A stretch of DNA of 64,000 nucleotides, from contig OZ316898.1 in the NCBI GenBank assembly GCA_973895155.1, positions 16,978,752 to 17,042,751 on the forward strand, given 5' to 3'. The notes beneath the pieces were generated by a model. That model worked only from the letters and a program-made list of their open reading frames with translations, searched no databases and was not told the origin of the DNA. Positions 1-12,409 of the stretch are shown in pieces (positions within the stretch are counted from its first letter, which is position 1; every line of letters begins with the position of its first letter). Made by a program: the position numbers and the translations under genes. The stretch comes from Marsupella aquatica. Taxonomy: Eukaryota; Plantae; Marchantiophyta.

Positions 1-3000
1 CAAATTTAACCTGTATGTGAGAATAAGAGAATTTTCAAGAGCTCCTTCGCCAGATTGAACAAACGCGAACGAAGTGTTGCCAAAGTTCCACAACGGCCTT
101 GTAAACTCTGCTTCCAATGGGTATAATGGCTCAACCTCCTTTTTGTGACTGATCTGTTGGGCAAGGCACAGATTTCTTCCAAATAAACGCTCGTACAAAT
201 GTGAAGCGTGCAGAACTCATTGGAAAATTTCAGAATCCTTAGCAACTGGACAACGGTTGGCAGATATAATGTCCTTCTAAATCATTGGAGGAAATGGAAG
301 ATAAGTGCGGAGGAAATCAAAGATAAGAAGTACCCAACGATACAAGTTCCAAAATCCACTGTTCCTATCTGACACAAAAAAGAGTTCCCCTGCACAAAAT
401 ACCACAAGAGTATTCACACGTTATTCTACTCTGAATATCTAGGCGTCAAAAGACAAAAGGACAAAGAGGGCAAAGGTAGCAGATGAGAACAATGGGCATG
501 GGAATTTGCGATTCCCCAAAAGAATCACAACTGAGCACCGTTGGAGAAAGATACCGCAGGCTCAGGTTGCGTTGCACATTTTTTAAGAAAAACTTCGAAT
601 TATTCTCTGTAATAGCCAATTTTCATGTAATCAAAGCAAGGAGTACCGCAAGTGCACGCCCATGTTGGTCCTACTGAACTGGGCTTACCCTGTGGTGACC
701 ATCTTGGCTCCGATGGTGCCTCTATTATATCTTCAATATCACCTGCCACGCAGACACGATTCACCACATCTCTGAACACCAAATGGCAAGAATTAGGGTG
801 TGCGTGATCAAGTTTCCATCGATGTCAAAAGCACACGCCATGCCCATGTCAAGAGTGAGAATATGTGGACCCCTGTTGTCAAGAACCTTTTTCATCAGGC
901 TCATGCTACTTGGAAATAAAAGAAAGAAGGGACGGAGGATTATGAGCAGTAGAATTGCACTCTGACCCGGAGCAAATGCATGTTTTCCATGGCACACGTT
1001 CAAGTCATGACATGGAAAATGTATAGCAAGGTTAACACTTACCCAGCTGGAGACATTTCGCCAGTCCAGAGCGTCGTACGATCCCATGGCATATTAGGGT
1101 GACTCCACTCAAGCCAAGCCAACTTTTTACCATCAGGGCTCAACCTTGGATAAGCATAAAAATCGTTGCCCTTCAGCAAAACCACCGGTTCTGCAAATGT
1201 CAATTTCGTGCCTTTAATTGATAAGAGAGATGTAAGCCATTAACATCATATACTAAAAGAAACTTGCTCTGTCTGGTCACCTCATGAATTCAGTTTCGTG
1301 CACAGATTCAGCGACAATGTTAAATAGCCTACAAGCTTAACAGGTCAATCCCCCAAACAGTTTTGCAATGTATAATCGGACAAAGAGTTAAGGAATTGCA
1401 AATCAACCAGAATTCGGATCGCCATTAAGTTGGATTGCCACAATTTCATTCACAGCTTCCTTCTCAGGCTGCCTGTGGTCTGGTGGTTTCAGTACAGTGC
1501 ATCACAACAACTTAGAAACCTTTCAACAATAAAAATGTGTCCCTATCCTTCCAGAGTACAACAAGTAGATTCAAGCAGAAGTTGAAAGACGTTGAAGCAC
1601 AACTCCGTCCTCCAACACTGGTTTTTGATTTTCATCCTGAAAGGATCATCTCATGAAAACCAGGCTAGCACCAAGAGAACAAAACCATTCCACAAAGCTC
1701 CAGTAGAATGCTTCGTAAGCATATCAGGTTCAGACAAGAGGAGAAATGAACATCCAAATCAACACGACAAGCCCACTTCTCGCATAGTTGCAGTTTTAAC
1801 GTTTTGTATTTCTTAAGTCAGAAAATGTAGGGATCAACCTTCTCGTACTGTGATGAAGCGGCCGCGTTGCTTGTCCAAAACACCATCAGCATACCGCACC
1901 ACTTTCCCATCATATTTTGGCGTCAGTGGAATAGGGGTCCGATCTGTATAGATTTAGAGTAAGGTGGCACCACACAAGGTTTGAGGAATTGAGAACAAAC
2001 AGAATGGGATCGTCAATGAATTGAATTGCAGTCAAATCCTCTTGTTCCGCCTGTCTGTGATCTGTGGAATTAAGTAGAGTAAATGAAAAATGCTCAGTAG
2101 TTTCTGTGTGGGCTGGCTTGCCCTTGTTACCCCTACTGAGGTCTGTTAAGGGTAAGGCCTGCTCGTTTAGAATTTAGGGATCAGGGTTCACGCGGGATAA
2201 ACGAATTTTAAAAACTAGAAATATAAAATGCTCAAAACTAGTTTCAGTAAAATTGTCCATATTCTAATTCTTATCACATGCCTGCAAACAAGAAAATAGA
2301 GTGCATTGTCTGATCACAAGAGATATTGCTGGGACTTCATCTTACAGGAGGAATTCTGGCCAATTAAGCCAAATCTAGTGAGTTGAAAATCTACTAAGCC
2401 TGTACCTCCACTTAGGGGTTGCTTGTAAAGTCTTTGGTCTCCATAATTCGAGAACAGCACCTCATCATCCACAATCGTAAACGCACCCCCACCGTACTCA
2501 TGGACAGTTGTACGGATACTGAAACCAGGAGGTGTGATGTCGACTGGAGCAGCTCCCACCTCTGATCCTGCCCTCACAAGCACATATCTCCTGCATGAAC
2601 CTCAGCGTCAGAATCTTAGAGAACCCAAGACAGAAAGATGATTTGACATATGTCACTGGAACACAAGCAAAGAAGACTGGTACTGGAAATTGTTATTCGG
2701 TAGGCTGCATTAACTGTTAGCTTAAGTCACATAATTGCTATTCAAAGAAATGTCTTAGAATTTATCATAGAATGCGCAGTGTAAATGGTAGCTTTATAGG
2801 AATTTCCAGACGGTTTTGAACAAGTCTGATGCAATCCTCTTGCATCCTCATTGAAGGCACTCATTATAATTGGATTCAATGATATCAGCCACTATTTATC
2901 ATAAGATTATAGCAATTCTGAATCTGCAATTCAATAAGATTATGTTTGGTCAGCCATGAATCTCCAGAAGGTTTGCTTTTGGTTCATCATTAATATTGGT

Positions 3001-3748
3001 TACTTGCATTCTGCCTTCGCAACTCTTAAGGGCGCTCACATGGTGTATCCACATTGAAAGGATGTCTACTGGTGGACATACTTAGATCAGCAAGGTCTTC
3101 AAAAGAGAACAACAAGGTGTGCCCCAATATGACGAAGTATATGTAGAAGTGAAGAAGTCCACATTTTCTGAACCGCTTCATTTTCTAGTAAAAACAACAA
3201 CGTAATATGACAGACCGATTAGATTCAGTATATTCAACGGCTCAAGCTTTAGGTTTTGGGGGCAACGCAGAAGCCTTCCTTTCTGTGACACGACGGAGAG
3301 GTGAGGAGAGCACGAAAACATGGGCAAGGTCGATGGGATTGGCAACTACTCACCCAGATTCTGAAGGGCGCCCTTCCACCCACAACAACCGGCCACGAGA
3401 ATCCAATGCCTTCCCACCTAGCTTCAGCGATGCGCCAGACACCAGGTCTGCTGTGATAGGCGACTTCCAAGACCCAAATGCCGCCTCTGCCTTGTCTTGT
3501 CCCATGGCTGCTGCACCAGACACTGAATTGAAGCTTGATTCAGGTGTCTTCTCAGCGAACAGAGAACAGAAATCTGCTCGACCTCGTCCTACTGCCGCGT
3601 TGGCTTCGATCTTCGACCACCGAAGGCTCTTCAGATCCCTCCTCTGCAGAAGTTTTGCTCCAAGGAAAGAAGACGGTCTGACGGAAGCCAGAGAGGAGGG
3701 CAAGAAGCGTGATTGGTGACAGAGAACTGGAACGAAACGGAGGCTCAT
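1..3748 (-). CDS. S9 family peptidase (dipeptidyl aminopeptidase/acylaminoacyl peptidase-like), 5' part; gene continues beyond the window
   Basis: GT-AG exons at about 3748-3354, 2590-2406, 1943-1839, 1479-1408, 1190-1043, 772-689, 390-335 and 153-10. They give FGSWKSPITADLV...WVEGRPSESGR, RTTVHEYGGGAF, RYADG, FYAYPRLSPDGKKLAWLEWSHPNMPWD, EPRWSPQG, FVSDRNSGFWNLY and EAEFTRPLW, which is the typical S9 beta-propeller N-terminal region. The catalytic domain is not in the window. Confidence 0.9.
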
Positions 3749-3914
3749 ACTCTTTTCTTCCTCTCTTTGCTTTCTTTCTCTTGTCTTGACAGCAGGAAGA
3801 TCTTACATTTTAAATGCATCCGTCGTGTCTCTCCACTTTTCTGCAAGAAAGAACCCAACTTGAAAAGTTGTTTCTCTGTTAAAGATGGAACTAAGAGACA
3901 ATTGAATTGACTTG

Positions 3915-3943
3915 CAATTCAATTCAATTCAATTCAATTCAAT
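3915..3943. repeat. (CAATT)n pentanucleotide microsatellite upstream of the S9 peptidase
   Basis: Sequence reads caattcaattcaattcaattcaattcaat. Confidence 0.85.
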
Positions 3944-6067
3944 ATTGCGTTGGCCAAATCATTAGATCTGAATGAATCTTTATCCCTGCCCAATTCCACC
4001 ATTAAACTAATATCTTGTCTAGTTATGATCAATTTGACAATCACCGAATATTGCAATACACGTAGATGACTTAAAGTGCAATCATCAGTCACATCCGTCA
4101 GTTCAGTCTTTCTAGATCAGATTTCAAGTTGACTGCTTGCGTGAACAGTTTTATATGACCAGGGAGCTCAGGAAGTGCCAACTATCCACGAAAAATGTCT
4201 AGGTGGGTTCTTCGCAAAAGTCCGTTGTCTCGTTCCTCCAGATACATCGTGTCGACTGGCTGTCGTGAAAGGGGCGCTCCACAAGTCTCCGAATGAGGTA
4301 AAAACCACACTATGCGAAGAAAATTCTTCTTCAAACCCTCTGAGCTGGTCTCTGTCTCCACTATGTCCTTCAACGCTTCTAAAATTTCAAAAGTATACCG
4401 GCTATGTTTTGTTCAAAACCACAAAAATCTCACTGGTGTTCAATCAGTGGGATGACAACTTCAACCACGGTTTCCCAGGCATTTTCGCCATCAGTGAAAT
4501 TAGGAACCTATGTATTTCAAAGGTGAGTTGCTACTCCCTACTACAAGGCCGACGAAGGGAGCCGAGTGTCAGCGCCCTCTGTGATTGAGAAATCACAAAA
4601 ATGACGAAGGACGACCTGACGAGCAGATCATTGGGACCAATTCCATTTTAACTGAAATTCTTTCCTTCGGCACTGTGAGGAGATCTTCAATCAATGACGC
4701 ATGGGCGGAATTAGCCTCAAGATCGATGACGGTGCCGCATTCCACTGTTCGTCGAGCTGGACAACGAGAGCGGGTGGAGAAAGATGGGGAGGGGTTATCG
4801 GGAGCTATGGTAGCACATACCAGAGTTCATCCATCATTGAATTGGAATCCGCCGTATTCACCTTCGTCTAAATTCGAAACGGTGAGCTCGTGCTATTCGT
4901 CCTGCTCCACGATTCTCACCTCCTCCCGCCTTCTCCTTCCGTCACAAAAATGTCGATCAATGACTCCGCGTCGACAATTTTCCAATACATCCTCTTGCGA
5001 TGGCTTTGGTACATGGCAGCTTCTGCACTAAGAGTTATTGATCTCTACATAATCTTGTTTTCTTGTTTTTCGTTGAACCGTTTTTAATTTAGTAACCCGT
5101 CACACAATTCTTACTAAAGTTCAATGCAAACTCCTTTCCAAATTCGAAAGCTATGGTCTAGAGTGAACACTCTGGACCATAACGACAGGTAGGACAAATT
5201 GAAAATGAAGTATACTAAAAGATAGGGACAAAAATGAACTGAAAAAAAAAATGAACTGAAAAAAAAAACGGGAATTGTTTTTTTCACTGGATTTGTTTTC
5301 TTTTTATTTCTATTTACATTCAATGATTTATCTCTGTTTAAGTTCCAGGAATGGGTCATCAAGCTACTGTAGTTGATCAAAATTACTAACCCTCCCTCCC
5401 CCAAAAAGCTCAAGTCCACCGTGCATAAGTGTGTTGTGTATAATTGCAGGGCATTAGTCCCGTAATAAGCTATGGGACTGTTCACCAAAGGACAAGAATG
5501 AGGACTACAGTAGTGAGGGTGCGAATGGGGCTTTTATTTGGGCAGGTGTGTAAAACTGGAGGGTGGGACAAACAGGCAGGGGCAAGAGTCGGGCTTGGAC
5601 AGGAGCTCGCAATACGAACCTTTCGTGCCCACGTTCGCATTCCGATTGGGGAAAGGTTGGCCTGGTTCAGGGCAATCTCAACCCAGGCAAGGCTTCAACG
5701 TACACCCAGATGCAATGAAGGGATTGGGATTCGTGGGTGTTTCCTTTAGCTATGGGCCTCGTACCAATGAAGTGCTCGTGGGACGGCCCTTTTTAGTTAC
5801 CTTCCGAATGCCATACTTCTGTGCTTGACAGGACAAATCCTCGAGAGATATGCTGAGAGTAACGAGACTAGAGTGAGGCTGAGAGAACTCTTTAGGCGAG
5901 GAGAGGCTCACCGATTGTCTAGACACAACTCCTTAAACTTGAGATAGAACCCAAACCTGTCTATACAAATTTCCTAACGATCCTAGTCGATATTTCCTGT
6001 GTTTGCTGCTATCATACCACAAACTTTAATGTTGCAATCACCCGAGTGGGAAACCTGAGCATAGCCT

Positions 6068-6347
6068 TTGTCTGGATATTGGCAGTATTCCCATCCTCTG
6101 TTTGAACAGGAGAATCTCGCCCGGACCAGAACCTCCTTTTATCGTCTGATTTCCATCGCTGAGAAGTGTTATGTCAATTCCCAGGCACGACCAAGATCAA
6201 GAATCTTCAGGAGAATACGGAGCTCTGGTTGTCAAATTGTACACCAGAAGAATTGAAAGCAATCCAAGACGCAGTGCCACAGAACTAGGTGGCAGGAGAT
6301 TGGTACCCAGAGAGCTTCGGGCGGCAGACATGGGTTCACATCAACAG
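6068..6347 (+). pseudogene. Aldo-keto reductase (AKR13/perakine reductase-like) C-terminal pseudogene fragment
   Basis: Across frameshifts it reads SHPLFEQENLARTRTSFYRLISIAEK / VMSI / PGTTKIKNLQEN / GALVVKL / TPEELKAIQDAVPQN*VAGDWYPE. This matches the plant AKR C-terminus PRFxxENL...PIPGTTKIxNLxENxGALxVKLTPEE...VAGDRY. It has several frameshifts and one stop, and the TPAQLALAW segment is missing. Confidence 0.8.
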
Positions 6348-6862
6348 CTCAATAGGAGCTCAGCTGTTGATGTGAACCTATTGAGCTCAATAGGAGCAGG
6401 GCGATCTTGCTAAACCATGTTCCAACTCTCAGCGAATTCTCAAAATCGTCAGGCTGTAATTGAGAGAAGTTGTCATGTGATGAAAGTCGCCATCAACCGT
6501 TTTGACAGGATGGATGAGTTTAATCATATTATAGAAGAAGTGTAGAAGAAGTGACCATGCTCTAACGTAATTGTCATTTATTGTGAAAAAGTTGTACAAT
6601 GAATAATGCAGTGATATAGATCCAGACGAACGGCATACTTGACAACGGCATATGTAATACTAAGGGCGGCTACATGCCCAGGGTAGAAAACCTTCATGAT
6701 TTCACCACTCTCTCGGTCGTTGCCAGGGGGAAACTGGGCAAGCGATCTAATTCATGTGTTCAACAGGCACATCTCTCAGCAGCTTCAATTCAACACTTCT
6801 ATGCACACTTTCATATCGGCGTCGCTAAGTTGTTCTAAGCGATTGAAAAAACATTCCTGCCG

Positions 6863-7303
6863 TTAATTCTCAATTGATGATTGTTGCTGAACTTGCTGGA
6901 GTCTCTCCGCTATCGGTGTGGGGTCTAAGTAGACTTTGAAAAAATTCATCTTCTCCTCATCAACTGCTTTGCCGAAGACTGCAATACCCTCGACTGGGAT
7001 TACTTTCTTGTCAAGGTCTTTCTTGAGAACATACTCAATAGTGGCCTCCTGATAGATCCTATCTGGCAGAACATCCACATGCTTTATAGTATGCTTCATG
7101 CTCTCCAATCCCGCGAACTGGCTCTCAAAAAACTCGACGATGGCTGCATGGCCCCGGAGACTTGGGCGTCCTGGGAACTGCATTTCACAGTCTTCTGTGT
7201 AGAACCTCGACACCCACTCTTGGGCATTGAGGGAGTCTCCTGCGGCATGACATCGTTGTAGCCATGATCTTGCAGCAGCGTTCAAGTCCTCCTGCTGTGT
7301 CAT
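6863..7303 (-). CDS. SnoaL-like / NTF2-fold protein, 146 aa, intronless
   Basis: Intact ATG-TAA ORF with the SnoaL pattern ...WVSRFYTEDCEMQFPGRPSLRGHAAIVEFF...MKHTIKHVDV...IYQEATIEYV...FFKVYLDPTP. Confidence 0.8.
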   Translation of the reverse strand: MTQQEDLNAAARSWLQRCHAAGDSLNAQEWVSRFYTEDCEMQFPGRPSLRGHAAIVEFFESQFAGLESMKHTIKHVDVLPDRIYQEATIEYVLKKDLDKKVIPVEGIAVFGKAVDEEKMNFFKVYLDPTPIAERLQQVQQQSSIEN

Positions 7304-7380
7304 ATTGTTGTACTCCGATATCCTGGTAAACTGCAGATCTCTGGCAAACTAAACTACCGGATTGCTGTGTATCTTGTCCG

Positions 7381-7663
7381 AGTCCAGCTGTGGCAGCAAG
7401 TCCTAAGCCTGTTCGGTGAATGGGGACTAATGTTGCAGGTAGTCCCTATTTGACAGACATTGGATCCAGTAGTCCAGCTGTGGCAGCAAGGCTTATAGGA
7501 CTGTCTTGGGTGGGCAATGTACGTTTCCCTGAGCTCGCAGGGCGACATTTAGAAGGCTGTTTGTGGATTGACGCCAGTTAATTATTAGAAAAGTGACAGC
7601 CACAATCATACCATTTGTCACTTAGAAGGCTTGTTGTGGATTGACTCGAATTAAGTATTGGAA
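7381..7663. repeat. Paired direct repeats and a short hairpin upstream of the SnoaL gene
   Basis: AGTCCAGCTGTGGCAGCAAG at 7381 and 7471. TTAGAAGGCT..TTGTGGATTGAC at about 7549 and 7622. AAGTGACA...TGTCACTT inverted repeat at 7591-7623. Confidence 0.75.
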
Positions 7664-10017
7664 GAGGGAGAGCTGCAATCAATCATGTGGAAGCTTCCAT
7701 AGCTCTCGGGTGCATGCGAGAGCAAGGGCAACCCAGGCCAGGTAATTGGCATCTCGATCATGAGGAAGATTCCAGTCCAGCATCACAGATTTCCACCAAA
7801 GAGTATCATTCTCCAGCATTACCTCGACAATGTCGGTTTTGTTGATGGGCTCTACGTTTAATAAAGGGTCCTCTGTCAAGTATGGTTGAATTCGATGAAG
7901 GTGCATGATCGGGATGTGAGATTGGGGATAATTTTGCTCAAAAAACCCAAGTGAATTTCATTCAAATAGTCAACATAACATACAAAGAAAGGGGGAGCCA
8001 CCAAAAGGGCCACACTCCAAGGACCAAGGTTGATGTGCTAAAAAATGGGTGAAGCCGGTGCCAGGGGAGAAGCTGAGCCTCAGAAAGGGGCAAGTAAACA
8101 AGTAATTTAGATACTACAGCAGGAGCAACACACTCCTAAGACCGGCCAGTGATCAGGTCCCCGCGAGGTTCCGTCCAGCGGGCCCGTGAAAGAAAGTCAG
8201 TTAAATTGGATGAAGGTGCATGATCAGGCTCTGATGTAGCTAGAAATTTTACTAGCAGTGTATGAGGGTGGACATAAATACATCTAGAAGATGTTTGACA
8301 CAAATGCTGAGTTTGGTTTTCACTTGTTCACAAATTGGTGAGGCAGCTAGCTAATGCTGATGTACTTGGAAACATTTGGTTGTGAGGCAAGCGGCGGTTG
8401 TGGCAGCCATCAAGGAGTATGGGAGAGGGGACAATGTATTTGAGAGATTTGGAGACTCTATGATGCTTTGTTTTCTTGTAAGTGGGTTGAATGGAGAGTT
8501 TTGTATTGTATGCTGGAAGTGGATGGTGTTTTAAATTATCTTTTAGATAGAGCATGGAATGGGCCAGGAACAGGGCCTGGTAGGACAAGGGGCAGATCAT
8601 TTAAACAGGTAATGGGTTGGTTTGCTCAAGAAAATGGAAATCCGATTTGAAAGCATATAATTTTATGGAATTCTTTTAGAAGAGGGGGCAAGGCAAGGAG
8701 GTACAGTAGGATGAGAAGAGTGTGATTGTTTCAAAAGTTTGGCAAAGATGTGCCTGTTTGTCAATGTACATAGATATATAGACAAGAAGGTTGAAAGTGC
8801 TAGTAAAAAAAAGGTGATCTTGACTCAATAACTCTAATTCTTGTGGATTTTTTTAATTATCCACTATTTTCTTCACTCTTGAGACCACAATACAACTAAT
8901 CACGCGCGCAGAACTAGTGTTATAACAGAATTAGTGTGAGTAACACTAAATCATGGGTAGATCGAGTCCAAAACTATATGCTCTTAAATTAGTGTGAGTA
9001 ACACTAATTACAGTGAACAATGTAGAATCAAACTGTGGCATGGGGACAGCCCTGAGCCGTCTGCAAAAGCATAGCAGCCCTGGAAGCCACGATACTCAAA
9101 GCCGATATGTGTTTGAATGACTAATATATCAATGGACCCACGCCCGGGTAATTTGAATAGTGCACCCATGTGCTCTGCCAACTCTGAGCATGGTTCTACC
9201 TCAATTTATTTTAGTAGTAGGTCAGCTAAATTTAGCAGTGGGTACCTGCCTCCACCTACTTTAGGGTGTGTTTATGTGGCTAATTTCAGCATAAATTCAT
9301 GCTCAACTAATTTAAGAATGGCTTCATGCCATGCCAAGATCAAACATATCTTGCCAGTTGAGCCATGATTGTCTTTTCATTGAAGCCACCAACTCACTAA
9401 GAATGGAGGACAAGCATTTGTGCTCAGACAAGCCAAATTAAAGTCATGGGTTATGACCTAGTCATTTCTAGGTAACGGTTCTGAAAGGCCCATTCATGGT
9501 AGTAAAACAACCCACCTCAAATATTTTGAAGTTTCTCAAGTTTTGTTCAACATTATTTTCCTCTATCTGAGTGTAATCAAACATAAGTTTGATAAGTTTA
9601 TACCTCAGAAATGGCAAGTGCTAGAGCTGAAAAGGTTAGGTCTCCTAAGAATAGTTTTGGCTGGCAATATTCCACCCAGCAAAAGTCCAGGTAGCACTTT
9701 TGAGCTATGCTAAGTCAGAGCAAGGATGGGATACCTAGGTTTCAAATGGAATTCTAGCTTTTGTGAAGTCATTACTACAAATGTACAAAAGTGGCATGTT
9801 TGTCGACACCTTATCGCAAGGTGCCAATTAAAGAATCATACTCTTGGAAACATATTCTGACAGGCTTATTCACATTGAAAATATCACCTACAGGATGGAT
9901 AGCCTAGGCCATTGTTATGCAACAATGCAATTTTAACCATTGAATGGTTTTCTAATCACATCATGACTTCACGTCTCAGAGGATGGATTTTGTGTACAGC
10001 AAAAAATAAGGTTGTGA

Positions 10018-10874
10018 CTAATTTGTGTATCTCTTAACTTGGACAGTGTCATAAATCTCTCCAGTGGGAAGTGGGCTCTTCATCATAACGGGGTGAACTG
10101 GCCTCTTGTAGTAGTCAGACTTGAAAATGGACACTTTAGGAACATTGACATCATGTGGTGGACATTGTGACTTCTCTAGTGAAATGTTGGTTTGCTTGGG
10201 CAGATGTGGGTCTAGGTACAAATGCCCATTCTTGGCTGCAACTGCCATCCGCTTGATCACAGGGCAAGGTGGCTTCTTGTTGTGGAAGTAGTTGTATGTA
10301 GTCTGGTCAAAGAAGGGTGTCCTCTCTGGGAATGGAGGCCATGGCTTTGGCGGTGGGGGTAGGGGCTTCTCGGGGTAATGATCGTGATATGTGGTGATCT
10401 TGTTAGCAGGCCACCGTTGTGGGGGTGATGGTGGCCTTGGAGGCGGATGGATGGGCTTACGAGTGTAGTGGGCTCGCATGGTTGAAATCTCATCCATCCT
10501 TGATACCGGAACCTAAATATTTCAATGCTTCCATGACTTAGCTCACACCAGAAGTTAATTTGTGGTATGTGTTTAGGTGTGTGTTGTTTGACCAAAGGAT
10601 GTTTCTTCTATCATTGAAAGAGTAATTTATAGTGGTTATTGGGGACTCAACATAATTATAATTAGAACATCCAGAAAGTTTTTAATTCATGATTGATGAT
10701 CCATATGAAACAACCTATCCAATAATGTGGTTGCAAAAGAAATCTGATAGTATGTCTTCTTACCTTGAGGGCTCCAAAAGGGACAACTGTCCGGATAGGT
10801 TCCACATCTGGAAACTTTGGGTAAGCTGGACATTGATGGACACCACAAGTGCATGACTTGCAAACACATGACAT
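10018..10874 (-). CDS. SAXO/FAM154-like (stabilizer of axonemal microtubules) protein; 3' end uncertain
   Basis: Exon 10874-10764 encodes MSCVCKSCTCGVHQCP, matching the SAXO N-terminal CxCxxCxCGxHxCP motif. It splices in phase 0 (AAG|GTAAGA ... TTTAG|GTT at 10512) to a Pro-rich exon with repeats ISTMRAHYTRKP, ITTYHDHYPEKP, QTTYNYFHNKKP and VSIFKSDYYKRP. Confidence 0.75.
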
Positions 10875-12194
10875 TGGATGTGCCTGCACACACTCATGTA
10901 CTTTGTAAAATGTCAAGAATTATAGAAACTTGGTCCATTTGAGTTTCGGCTTTGCTGGTTCTCATGTAATTTCCTTCAATTGCTACAAGTTCACTTCTCA
11001 TCATTCATGAAGAGTGGGTTCACTAATTTTACTCCTGAACTCAGTAGTGAAATACAGTATGTGAAGCCTAGGGAAGAAGGTGACATGGGCAGATCTATAA
11101 GTTTTAGTTAAATATGGCAAATGGCTGTGACCCCTTGTGAGGTATCAAAAGAGGTTGTTCAATGCAAGTTTGGACACCATGTAAGAAGGTTACCAACAAA
11201 TGTTATTTATTTCCCTGATTTTCCTACTCCACCAATGCCCACTTGGAAAAAGCTCATTTTCTCCTGATTTGTTCAGATTGTCCGCCCACTTATATCGTAA
11301 AATGTTTTGTTCTAAACCTTAGGATGGTATGCATGTTTGACACGGCCTACAACATGGCCATTTGTAATGGAAATATGCAATCTAATCACTAGGTGCACTC
11401 TAAAATTTCTCAATTACTATTGTTTAATTCCTAGTATATTTTGGATTCACCGTGTTCTGACCATGTAAGATTATCAATTTTACATTGATTTGTTTTTTGT
11501 ATTTTTCTTGTGAGGCCCTCTAGTGCCATTATGGCACCATTTTTGGTTTTTGCGGATTTTCATTCTCGAGGGGAAAGTATGGGGAGAATGGCAATGGGGA
11601 GTGCACAAAGGAACTTGATAATAGCAACCTTTGTAATTTTTTGATACATATATGAATTTCTACCATTTTATATGTAAGAGACCAAGAATCTAAATGTTAC
11701 ACCCAGACAGGATGGCAAAAGAGGGGCCCTTGTTTGTGAGCTATGTTGCACATACTGAGATTTCTAAAATAAGGAACATCCTAATTGTGACAACCTCTAA
11801 GAAAGGTCCATCGATGAGAATAACTGAAGCAACATTAATATTGTTCTATCGCTCATTGAGATGCATTGTGCAACTCCAAATATTTTCTTGGAATTTTTTT
11901 CGTAAGAATGTGATATGACGCACTGCTGCAGAAAATTTCTTAGAACCTTTTCAACTATGACAAGTAGGCGGAGTTGTCATAAAAGTGAAGTTGAACTGAA
12001 GCTAGATTCTGTCAATCTGAATAGATTTGAAATCAGCCTATTTGCCTTGGCTTCAAAACATTATATATATTGAATTGAACATGCTCCTTCCAAAAAAATT
12101 TATCGTGCAAAACAATTAATCGAACAGGATTTCTCTAGTTGTAGAGATTGATTGAATTGATCAGCTGTATCTTTTTTTGGCAGTTGGGTGATGC

Positions 12195-12409
12195 CTTTTA
12201 GTTTCTTATTCTCCAAATCTTGATGTGGCTCATAAATTGAATCTACTACTTGAAATCAATGCTTTCCCCTTGCTAATCAAATTTATGAGATAAAGATAAA
12301 AATTTCTTTTAGTTTCTTATTCTCCAAATCTTGATGTGGCTCAAATGAAAATCAAAATTTATAGTGATCTACTACTTGAAATCAATGCTTTCCCCTTGCT
12401 AATCAAATT
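12195..12409. repeat. Local tandem duplication (two units of about 90-105 bp)
   Basis: CTTTTAGTTTCTTATTCTCCAAATCTTGATGTGGCTCA...ATCTACTACTTGAAATCAATGCTTTCCCCTTGCTAATCAAATT occurs at 12195-12283 and again at 12306-12409. Confidence 0.85.

Noticed and set aside
4175-5031. Several 60-150 aa ORFs and a stop-interrupted minus-strand frame
   Set aside because: Possibly decayed coding sequence, but no family could be recognised.
7679-7906. ORF with VALALACT resembling a receptor-kinase C-lobe
   Set aside because: Only one short motif and no other kinase subdomains, too weak to call.
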